NCBI GenBank assembly: GCA_020536535.1
Contig: JAHLWZ010000482.1
Coordinates: forward strand, 1-44,226
Source: Pelomyxa schiedti
Taxonomy: Eukaryota; Protista; Evosea
DNA length: 44,226 bases
Reading direction: 5' to 3'
Below the pieces are notes generated by a model. It saw only the letters and a program-made list of their open reading frames with translations, was not told the DNA's origin and did no database searches. Position 1 is the stretch's first letter; every line of letters starts with the position of its first letter. This document shows, piece after piece, positions 11,951-21,939 of the stretch. The translations under genes were made by a program, and so were the position numbers.

Positions 11951-14900
11951 TCAACTGCGAAGGATGGGACACTTGATAATCAGAACCGTTTCAGGGAGAC
12001 AGGACACACCTGCGACAATCCTGGCCCAATGAATGTCTCCTGGCAGGGTGTGACCCAGATTTTCCTCAATTAGCTGTAGGAATGGCTTCTCTGCATCCCT
12101 TTTACCAGGCATCGAAATTTCTCTTTTCCCAATTGAAATGAGAAGGCTCTGCAGAGTAAACTTGTGGTCAGAGCACAGATGGTTTTTGGCTATTGCTTGA
12201 AGGCAGGCCATTCGCACTTGAATGATAGTCACTGGTGCTCCAGTGCAGTGAATAATGGTACTGGAAAAACAAGGAAGGCCTCTTGAACTTGTTCCTGCTG
12301 GTTTGCTTGGAGTTCGGGAGAGTTTATTTGACCGTAAGCAGCAGTATCCAGAGTAGCTTGTTGCCTTAGATGAAGTTCCTGACAGTTTGTACAGTTCAAG
12401 GGAAACTAATCCAGCTGCAATGCTGGTGGATGTAACAATTGCTGGGATGATAGAACCTGCAAGAGCATGTGCCTCAGTGATTTCTTTAATAGGCAGCCCA
12501 CGGGTCATGCTTAGAAGGTTACCTGCACTGCTCACAAATTTCAAGTGTGTTGGGTCGTCCTTATTGAAGTAAAAAGACTTATTCGTTCCAAAGAGGAGAT
12601 CAAGAAGGTCACTACAACTTTTTACTAGCATATTCTTCCAGACATTGCTTGTACAAGTCGCTTCACAAATCTCACGCAAAGGCTTTGGGCATATTTTGAA
12701 ACCAGTCCAGAAAGGTACACCTTTCTCATCAACGGACTCTGCAGGATGAACAGTCAATAGCTTCTCGATCTCTGTAACAAACCAGGTGCGCAACTGAGAA
12801 TGTATCCAAGCTTGCTTCTGCTCTTGGTTGTGTTGAAGCCCACTGTAAAGGGATACAATATTGCTAGATTTTTCACAGATATCAAAATGATCCTGTATCT
12901 GTTGGCAGCTCATATTTACAGTCAAGGGCCAATCTGGTTGGCGTGCCATCTCAGCAAAAACAGAGCCTTTTTCCCAAAAGATTTCATTAAATCTGTCTTT
13001 TCCCCATTCCATGCAATGTATCGGATTAAAGGGAAATGTCTTCCCTGTGCACACTGCTTTGGCAACGTTGGCTCCCACCACCGGTGGTGAATATTCTGCT
13101 GTGTAGTACGGTATCACAACTTTGCAAGAGCACACCAATCCCTCTGTCCCAGCTTCAAACATCGGAAGATGGTAAAAATGTGCCTTCTCATTCAGTAAAA
13201 CTCTGGCCTCAACGTTGTCAACCCCACAAATAATGGCATCAATGTTTTCCCATAGGGAATCACTAAACTCCCCTTCAAAACAAGCTTCTACCTGAAGCTG
13301 AAGAGCTCTTGAATGGGCAGATAATGAAGAGTTGAGATCAATAATTGCTCTAGATAAGGCAGTGACAGCCTTGTTCCTCTCCACATCTGACTCTCTGAAA
13401 AGCAGTTGCCGGTTGAGGTTGGATTTAGAGATTGAATCATGGTCTGTAACAACTATGCATCCACTATCTTCACATGCAATTCCGGTCATTGCAAAGTTTT
13501 TTATATATTCGCACCCAAGTGCTCCTGCTCCAACTAGAAAGGGCCGTAATCTCATTAACCTCTCTTGAGTACTCCAGCCAAAGATTTCTGCTCCCTTGTC
13601 ATATCTGCTCCCTTTGCCCTAGATTTTAATTTACTTAAAGATGGAGGCAAAACAATAAGGCGATACTGTTGTATCCAACGGTTTTACGTCAGGTAGGCAA
13701 TCATCAGCACTGATGAAATACCATTGGTGGACAGGCGTGTGTAAATGGAGGAGAGCTTTGATAACTTCTTGGGAGGCAAGTCCACCAAGGATAGAATTAA
13801 GTCCAAAAACAACGCCACCCACCTGAGGTGCCAATTTTTCCAAGAGTTCCTTGGAGACAGGAAAGTTGTAGGAATTCACTGTATCAACAATACTTTTTGT
13901 GTCCCTATCATCCCACACATGGGGACTGCATCCAGTGTCTTGCACAAAAGTTGAATAGGCCTTTATAAGTCCAAAAACTGTCATAGAAGTATGTAGATCA
14001 CAGGTTGATGGGAATGAAGGGGCTGTACTTAGACTTTGCTGTAGAGATACCTAAAGAAAGTTAACGATCTATCAGAGGAAAAAAAAAACACTACAGATGG
14101 TGGGAGCGTGTCAGTGATTGACACCCTTTGGTAAGACCCTCCACCAGGGAAAGTACTCCCTGAAGTGCCAGAAAGTTTTGTCAGAGATGAAGCAGATATA
14201 GAAAAAGATGTCTCAGTAAGTATATCTGCAATAGGGAATGGCTCAGAGGCCTCATTGAGACAATTGAGAGCTGTTCCAGAAAAGGTAATAGTATCAAATA
14301 AGGTCAGGCCATGGGATAAATCCGCGGCATTAATTACAAGTACGGTCCCCTCTAAAGCATCGTCCACAAACTTAATCTGGTCAATGGTCTTATCCATTTT
14401 CTCAATTCCCAAGTCGAAAGTGAAGGTACTGGGTCCAAAGTCATTAAAAATTGCTCCCGCAACGCCTATCGACTGTGCAGCAATAAACGGTATTCCTAAT
14501 TGTCGGCACTTTTCATCACATTGTAGGGATAATTTGTCGGGAATGGGGCCTTCAGCATACAACACTGCACTTTGATTCGAAATTCTGACAAGTAACTCAC
14601 CCTCCCTGTGCACAGTCACTTTCACATCTGGAAACCAATACGAAATCCTTTCAAGAATGACTACAGCCATCTCGTTTCCAATGCGCCCTTCTTGATTCGC
14701 AAGTAGAAACTGCGTATTTCAAGCAAGTCGAGAGGAGTGAGTTCGTTTTAGGCCAAAAGTAAATAAATTTTCAAGCTGAAAACAGGGGGAAAAAATCACA
14801 CGTTTGTATTCACGTCCTCTTGGGTCACAAGCCCCTCACAAAACAACTGCAACTCGCCCACTCCCATAAGTGCCAGATCCTTGATTGCCTCGGCGACCAA

Positions 14901-15017
14901 CGGTCCACATCCCACAATTGCAACCGTGGCGCGTCCGAGCGCCTCGACCCCCGACGCTCCGCCGAGCACCGGGAACTGCCTCGAGACCTTCATATACGCC
15001 GACGAAAGGGCCGACAT
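11951..15017 (-). CDS. Divergent monomeric Uba1/Uba6/Uba7-type Ubl-activating enzyme E1 (about 960 aa, 4 exons: about 15017-14802, 14709-14095, 14050-13666, 13618-11951)
   Basis: N-terminal SRQFPVLG and inactive adenylation domain (IVGCGPLVAEAIKDLALMGV). FCCH-like region. Active adenylation domain FLVGAGALGCEYIKN..DHDSISKSNLNRQLLFR..DNVEAR. Catalytic Cys in VCTGKTFPFNPIHCMEWG. FNKDD and AGSIIPAIVTSTSIAAGLVSLELYK. GT-AG introns restore the frame. Confidence 0.93.
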
Positions 15018-15168
15018 TGGATATTTCGTTATTATTTGCCAAGTCGGCTCTTACGTGCGCCGCAGCACCCCCGAGGGCAACTCTTTGGTTGGAGTTGCTT
15101 TTGGTCCCCAACTTGGGCATGGAATCCACCAACTCGGAGCGAAAACCTATCAAAAAACCAAAGATAAG

Positions 15169-15588
15169 ATGGACGGGCCTGAAGTACCGACGGCGCAATG
15201 GGTTGAAGACGACGAGGACTATTTGTACATCATGGTTGAGGGTTACGACTCAGCTTACAAGGAGCGTATTAATGACCGACTGAAAAACTGTTACAACTAT
15301 GTATTGTGTTTGGCGCAGTTGTGTGTGCTTTTAATACTTCACAAGGTTGTTGCTGGAGAAGGCATGAAGTTTACCGTTCCTAATGTACGGTTGTGCCCCT
15401 GGTGCAATGCGGAGAACATCCTCAAAGGAACATTCCAGCACTGCAAGCACGCCAACTGCTACAACTGTAACCGTGAATTTTGCTATTCTTGCTTGGGGAA
15501 AAAGGAGCCTGGTGGTGCATGGCCATGCGGTTGGACACCATTTCAACCTTGCCCAACAGGTGTTGCAAAGAGGCAACAGCTTCTATGA
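15169..15588 (+). CDS. Small stand-alone RBR-type Rcat (RING2) domain protein, about 124 aa, putative Cys-dependent ligase
   Basis: ATG at 15169. Probable in-frame GT-AG intron 15301-15345. CPWC..QHCKHANCYNCNREFCYSCL..WPC..C matches the Rcat pattern with catalytic Cys-x-His. No RING1 or IBR is visible. Confidence 0.8.
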   Translation: MDGPEVPTAQWVEDDEDYLYIMVEGYDSAYKERINDRLKNCYNYVLCLAQLCVLLILHKVVAGEGMKFTVPNVRLCPWCNAENILKGTFQHCKHANCYNCNREFCYSCLGKKEPGGAWPCGWTPFQPCPTGVAKRQQLL

Positions 15589-15710
15589 ACAAAATAAATT
15601 TTAAAAAAGCCACTTATAAGTTATGTGTTGGTATTTTCTCTTTTTTTCCTCTGCCACCAGGCAAAGAAAAAAAGGGAGATGCTGCTGGCAGTGATTTGTG
15701 GAGAATTGCT

Positions 15711-15968
15711 TTATAAGTGTCCTCCAGTGGGTGCATAGACCACGTCAATAACATTGGGCTCTCTTATAGTGAAGTTTCTCAGCTCCCTGGCAACGTCGTC
15801 AAGAGGTTCCCCATTGAGACGTAATATGATGTTTGCCTGCCCGCCAAAGAAACGGTTCCTTATAGTCGACGCTGCATCTTTGGCGAGAGTGCAAAGTGGA
15901 AGAACGAGTTCCTTTGGCTTGTTGGGAAAGCTGGGATGATAAATTTTGACTGTGATGCGGTCTGTCAT
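15711..15968 (-). CDS. Ubiquitin-like modifier precursor, 85 aa, C-terminal di-Gly followed by a 2-aa propeptide (TGG-HL)
   Basis: Beta-grasp pattern ITVKI..ELVL..helix..ILRLNGEPLDD..LRNFTIREPNVIDVVYAPTGG aligns with Ub [32 protein letters not shown]. It is not ubiquitin, NEDD8 or canonical SUMO by sequence. Confidence 0.88.
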   Translation of the reverse strand: MTDRITVKIYHPSFPNKPKELVLPLCTLAKDAASTIRNRFFGGQANIILRLNGEPLDDVARELRNFTIREPNVIDVVYAPTGGHL

Positions 15969-16025
15969 TTATTGTTTTTTTCTGGTGTCGTGTCGCCACT
16001 TGGTGCGCTGGGGTGTTTTTTGTTC

Positions 16026-16052
16026 TTTTTATAGGTCGCAACACCAAGTTGG
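16026..16052 (-). promoter_or_regulatory. Candidate TATA box (TATAAAA) and CCAACTTG motif upstream of the Ubl gene
   Basis: Minus strand reads caccaacttggtgttgcgacctataaaaag, about 60 bp upstream of ATG 15968. Confidence 0.4.
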
Positions 16053-16361
16053 TGAGCCAAGTGCCGGTTTCGTTACTGTATCTTGGGTACTGACACAGCT
16101 GTGTCAGACAGGGAGAAAAAGTGCGGCACAATTCTTGTTACAAATCAAATTAACACAGCAGCCGCGGATGGTTTCCTTGTTCACTCCATTAGACTTTGGA
16201 GTGCTTGCTGTGCTCGGAAGTTCTTTAGCTGAATTATTAACTGTGCCACATTTTTCCATGTTTTGGAGGAAGTCTCCTTGTGCTCAGCAGCTTTTTTTCG
16301 GTGATCTAAAGCCTCTTTTTGACGATCAAGTATAATATTAACTTTCGTTTCTTGGTAAGAG

Positions 16362-17675
16362 TTAGGTTGGCGAGTATCTATTTCTTGAAATACCTTGAAC
16401 TTGAGAAGCCCCATGCTTCTCACACATATGACTACCATGTTGTCTCTCTTTACATTCCGGGCATAGATCTTGATCTCCGCATTCAAGGCAGGAGTACCAA
16501 CATGCGGTCCACTGCTTGCAAAGTGTGCATTCTTTTTCGGTACTTTCATCATCACTTGTTCCCCACGCATCTTCATCGTTGCCTAAAGATGGAAACCAGG
16601 TTGTAGTGGGTTGCTCAGGTAAAGTGAGATGTGGCTTTATCGGTAAATCGATATCAATCCCGGTGGGTTCAACGTCTGATTTTGTAAATACAAGAAGTAC
16701 AGGGTTCCATTGAAAGCAATACTCATTTGGATCATGGTAACGGTGCTCTACAATTGAATCGTTGAAGTAGAGCCACTCATTAGCTACATTACAGAGAGCC
16801 GTATAATGGAAACCGGCATGCCCCACAATTGACGAGAGCTGATAGGGCTGCCTTTAAAGGAAGTGACAAAAGAATAGCGTAAAGTGCACTGACCCAAACA
16901 ACATCAAAAAATTGGAGTCTGGGTAAAGAGAGATCTCTGTGGGATTACGAGAGGCTATTACGACCCCTGTACCAAGGTCCATATCCAATTTTGAGATGAG
17001 ACTCTTTGAATAACTTGAGATTTGTCTGCTACAAGAGGAGGAAAATACCGAGCTGCAATTAGGGCAGGTTCTCACTGAAGATGATACTAGTGATCTATCC
17101 ACTGAGTCCTGTAAAGAAGATCCAGCAACAGTGATAAGTACACTGAATTTTGGGATATTTTCACTAAACTTTAGCGGCCCCTCTTTGTGCGTGCATTTCT
17201 AACAAAGAGATTTGTTTCAAATGAGCATGCATAGATTGGAATTACCAAGCACCAGAGGGTCTCCGACATGTTGTGAATGAGGAACCTCTCCACAACAGAG
17301 GAGGATCCTTCATCAACAAGTGTGTTCACCAAGAGCGTCAAAAATTTCTATCAAAGGGATTAAGGGAGAGATAAAACAGAGAGCTGTACCAGAGCAGAAG
17401 ACGCCATGTGTGGGTCATTCTCTGACCTCCGCGAGATATGCCTCAGGAATGGTTCTCCACTTCCTCCCTCCATCAAAAAAGACTTGAGCAACCTCTTCGC
17501 CTTTGCATCCCCGGTTATGCAACTGTTCACCTCCTCAAAGTCCACCAAACATTTAATGGCCTGCAGGGTGGCGTTGAGGTAACACGTAAGCCCTGCCGTT
17601 CGTCAGCAGCCAAAAAAAACTTAAAAAAAACGGTGCATCAAACGTGCCGTAGTTTGTCAACCCTCCCCTGGACAT
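16362..17675 (-). CDS. Compact USP protease paralog B with C-terminal ZZ-type zinc finger; multi-exon
   Basis: Spliced MSRGGLTNY|GLTCYLNATLQAIKCL. His box IVGHAGFHYTALCNVANEWLYFNDSIV. ZZ-like CTLC..WYSCLECGDQDLCPEC..HGSH. Confidence 0.85.
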
Positions 17676-17805
17676 TGATATTTGGTATGACGTGTAACCA
17701 CAGCTGCAAAGCAGGGGGTAAAAAGGAAGATGGACCAACTTGAGTGTCAGGCGAACGAAAACAGACCGCAAAACCAAAAGAACAACCAAAACCCCACCAA
17801 GGACT

Positions 17806-19385
17806 ATGGCACAACAGCCCGCGGGGCTACACAATTATGGTGTGTCAGTACCCCAGTGATCAGTATGTCGCCAAACAACGTTTTTTTTTTCGCCCTAGGG
17901 ATGACCTGTTACCTCAATGCGACGTTGCAGGCAATAAAATGTTTGCTGAACTTTGACGAGCCAACTGAAGCCAATACTACTACAACTACTACGACATCAG
18001 CAACGCGAGACCATCCGGCGAAGAGGTTGCTCAAGTCTTTTTTGATGGAGGGAGGAAGTGGAGAACCATTCCTGAGGCATCTTGCACAGAGGTCAGAGAA
18101 TGACCCACACATGGCCTCATCTGCTCTGGTAGAGTATTTTTTTTTTTTTTGTCTTGCCCCTGTCTTCCACAAACAAAAAAAAACGTTGAGCATTCAAAGC
18201 CACACAACAGAAATTTTTGACGCTCTTGGTGAACACACTTGTTGATGAAGGATCCTCCTCTGTTGTGGAGAGGTTCCTCATTCACAACATGTTGGAGACT
18301 CTGTCTTGTCCCTCGGTCACTCTTGTTTTATAGTTGAATAACATCCTCATGTCAAGCAGGCATGCCACCAAGCCAGTTCACCCCTGAAATTCAGTGAAGC
18401 CATTCCAAAGTTCCATGTGCTGATTACTGTTGCTGGCTCTTCATTGCAAGAGTCTGTTGACAAGTCCTTGAGCACACAGTCACATAGTACCTGTATACAC
18501 TGTCATAAAGTAAGCCTTAAAGAAATGACCACAACCCATATCCAGACTGCAACCAAACAAAATTGATAATAACAATTTTGTTTGTAATTCCCAATAAGTT
18601 ACATGATTAAAGCACTTGCTATCTGAATTGGAAATGGAGCTTGGAGAGGGGTTTATCCTGGCTTGTAGTGATCCAAGCAGAATCCGGTTATATCCTGACT
18701 CCTACAATCTAAGAGTTTTCAAGTATGTCTCGTTTTCACCCTGGTTTATGTTTTTACATCTTCCTCAAGCTTGAACTATAACTTAAAATCAATTGTTGGT
18801 CATGCAGGATTCCACTATACATCACTTTGTTACACAAACAGCCAGTGGTACTTTTTCAGTGATGAAAACCTCTCTACGGATACCTATACCGACTTGAATG
18901 TGTACTGTGACAATTGGACTCCTGTGTTGCTTGTTTATGTCAGAGGGACCTTCCTCCCACCTGACGATCAGCCCGTCATATCCCACCACGATAATCCACC
19001 AAGCTTGAGCAACGAAACCTCCTGCAGTGCATTCCTTGATGACGGAGCCTTTACAGGCCCAGAACAAGTCACCTGCAGTACTTGTGAGTTTCCAACAGCT
19101 GCGTGGTACGCCTGTCTAAATTGCCAATGCACAATATGTCCCAGCTGTGAAGACAGGGGGAGGAAAGGACTGAAAGGACACAAGAACCACATTATTGAAA
19201 GGTGTGGTGTTGAAAATTCTGTGAGACACATCTACCGTTGTCGCTCCTGTAAAAAATTTATTGCCAAAGAAGAGGAGCTCTTTCCTAGCAATGGCTATGT
19301 TTATCACATGGAGTGTGCTAAAAGGTGTGGCATAGCATGTTGGTTATGTAAAAAGAAGGTCCCTAAAGAACGACAACCAAGGTAA
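17806..19385 (+). CDS. Compact USP protease paralog C with ZZ-type and LIM-like zinc fingers; multi-exon
   Basis: Spliced MAQQPAGLHNY|GMTCYLNATLQAIKCL. His box IVGHAGFHYTSLCYTNSQWYFFSDENL. ZZ-like CSTC..WYACLNCQCTICPSC..HKNH. LIM-like CRSC..YHMEC..CWLC. Internal splice sites near 18510-18615 are uncertain. Confidence 0.82.
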
Positions 19386-20359
19386 ATGCCAAGACACAAT
19401 AGTCTTAATCAGAACCTCCAAACCAGATTTTCACTACCATGCAAGGGGCACAGAACTTTCTGTTCCTCTGAATGTCACGCAAAGGTGAAGCGATTACAGT
19501 CAAATAAGAATGGAGACTAGCCTTGGTAGAGGGGGGAGGAGAGAGAGGAGGAAGAAGAGGGTCTCCCCCCAACTACCACCAACCTCGTGTTCTTCCCACT
19601 TCAGAGTAAATCACCACACTAATGACAATGCTTTCTGAGATAACAAGGGTGTATCTTGTTATCTTTGGTGCATGGGAAAAACCATATCATGGTTGTACAT
19701 GTACTAGTTAATTTCCCCTTCAACCTGTATTGGAACTAATGACAGACCGCACAGTAGCGGCCCTTTTCCCCTAGGTGGTACCAGTACAAAAGTTTTTCTT
19801 TTCTGTGCCTTTTTTTTTTCTGCTTAAAGGGGCAAATCAAAAAATAAAATTTGCACCTGCACCAGGTGTGGGAGAAGCGCTTTTCCCCCATTTGGAGCAC
19901 TTTCCCCCCCCGAAGCTGCGAAAACCCCTAAACAGCGATTTAGGCTCATTGATCCATGAATGAATGAATTGAATTGATCCACTACAATGTAGTGGAAATA
20001 ACTCCGCAAATACTCACAATCCATTAATAACTCCACAGTTGATACCTTCGTGGGATGGTTTTCATGAACCCCGCTCAATAGCAGAAGATGCACGTCTGAG
20101 GACAGAGGGATGTTATTGACGGCTACTACTTGGATCGAGCGACGCTTAGAATAGCAGTTCTAAATCTAATGGTAAGTTGCGGAAAGCTAAACGGCGTTGA
20201 CAGCATTGCCCTGCGTGCCACGCACTTGATCTTTGTAACCAAAGAGAGGAAAAATAATTCGTTTTGTCGATCATAGTCACATCAAATTGATCCCCTGATC
20301 GAAGAGGAAAAAATAAATTACAACTTGGTACACATAATCGCACCTCGGCGCCATACGCG

Positions 20360-20460
20360 TAGCAGAGTGCGGTGTGCGTTGTGCTCACCGAGTTTGGACT
20401 ACAAGAATCCACTTCATCAATGCTGCGTCATCTCCGTGATGTTCACTCCGAATTAGCACT
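20360..20460 (+). pseudogene. BED zinc-finger fragment (DNA transposon relic)
   Basis: SAVC..STSSMLRHLRDVH resembles the BED finger at 28158-28532. Confidence 0.4.
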
Positions 20461-20599
20461 GTGGTTTTTCTTGTGACTGTGTTTTACACTGCTGCATTTT
20501 TTTTTGTAAAGTGTTAGGAAACAAAAAAACTTGGGAGATATGCCGCCAACAGCAGTAGAGTGGAAGGTATCACCGTGACTAGAAAACTATGGTATCTCT

Positions 20600-20900
20600 G
20601 TGTTTCAGGCATTTTCATTTACTTTACAAAGAGAAAAACGCCGACGTGTGGAGCGCGTTTTTCAGAGGAACCCTTTGGAGTTGTTGGACGATGGTGCTGA
20701 TGTCAACACAATTGCAAGGCTGTGTGAACTGTCACATGGTTATGCGGTATGGGAAAGCATACCATACCGAAGGCAGAGATGCTGCTGCAGAGAAGCTTCA
20801 CAAATTTTCTCTCACAGCTTTAAACCCAAGTATGTAATCCAGGGGTGAAGGGTAGTAGCTATTGAAACTGTTCCCTTATTCTGCTCAGCTCCAAGAACTC
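20600..20900 (+). pseudogene. Diverged fragment of the Tc1/IS630-like element N-terminal exon
   Basis: CELSHGYA..EGRDAAAEKLHKFS..FKPK is homologous to 42352-42630, with frameshifts. Confidence 0.6.
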
Positions 20901-21939
20901 GAAAGTGTGTCAGTTTTTACAAGTGAACTGTTGTGGGAAACCCTAACCCTAAAAAACCAGGACCGCAACTAGAGTCGCTTGTGGTGCGCGTGGCGCTGCC
21001 ATAGCGGGATCACGTCGTGTGGGCTCGCGACCAGTTCGTTGCGTTGGTCGCGTGCACCTGTTTCACTCTGTTGAGAAAGAGTCATAAATGGAGAACACAT
21101 CCCGCAGAGACAAGAACTAAGAATTACGAAGAAGAGCGGAGAAAACGTGATCTCCATTTCACGGCTTCAATATATTTGGCCTGCTCCCAACAGGTGTGAT
21201 TGACCCCAATAAACATCACATCCTCTGCAAGACCGCCATCATCACCACCAGCACTCTGAGCTTGGAACAGCTGCTGCTATATACCACGACACCCCTGTGG
21301 GGATCTCAACACACACCCCAAACAGCCCTGGTTCCTCTCCTTGTTTATCACCACGCTCTCATTATCCTAGGAGAGTGTTGCCAAGTTTTTTGGTTCCATG
21401 CCCTGTTTTGTTGCTAATTTCCAGTTTTTGCATCAACACACACATTATGGTACCTGGATCCCCACCCAGACCCGACTCCGAAACAGCATGCACCCCATCA
21501 AACTTAAACCATAAGTACAAAATAGAAATTATTTTTTACTTCTTAACAGCGGTACTTTGTACATAAAAATGCCGAGAAGGCCCAAGTAATGTCTGCAACG
21601 AATATTGCATTGTCCTGATGTAAGACCACATCTTTGGCATTCACACAGTGGCTCAAGAACTCTTGGCCATTATTTGGCCGCAAAAAATAAAACAACCAGT
21701 CACGATTTTTACCCAAAAATAAAAACCACAGCAAGGGCGGGAAGCAGCAGCGGAAGGGAGGATTGGGCAGTGTGCAGGACAGAGGGTCCCGTCGACGGCA
21801 ACTCGCGTGAAGCAAGCCGCAGTGCGTTGGGGCACCACCGGCCGGGGTCCCAGGCGTGGGGCAACGCCACCCGGGAACGACTGTGCCGGCGGAAAACCAG
21901 TTGAAATAACAAGTGACAGCAGTATTATGCTATCACCGT

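Noticed and set aside
14881-15168. N-terminal extension of the 235-aa ORF containing the Rcat domain
   Set aside because: It begins at TTG and overlaps E1 exon 1 in antisense. ATG 15169 is the more plausible start.
16181-16576. 131-aa ORF overlapping the USP-B 3' end
   Set aside because: Alternate frame of the ZZ exon. Its distal part could be a spliced or frameshifted USP-B tail but is not supportable as a separate gene.
20938-20953. CCCTAA telomere-like repeat (also TTAGGG-like sequence near 40670)
   Set aside because: Only about two units, too short to call a telomere relic.
21780-21900. GC-rich hairpin containing ggccgg..ggtcccag, reminiscent of an HDV ribozyme
   Set aside because: I could not build the nested double pseudoknot. 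It is more likely a GC-rich coding remnant.
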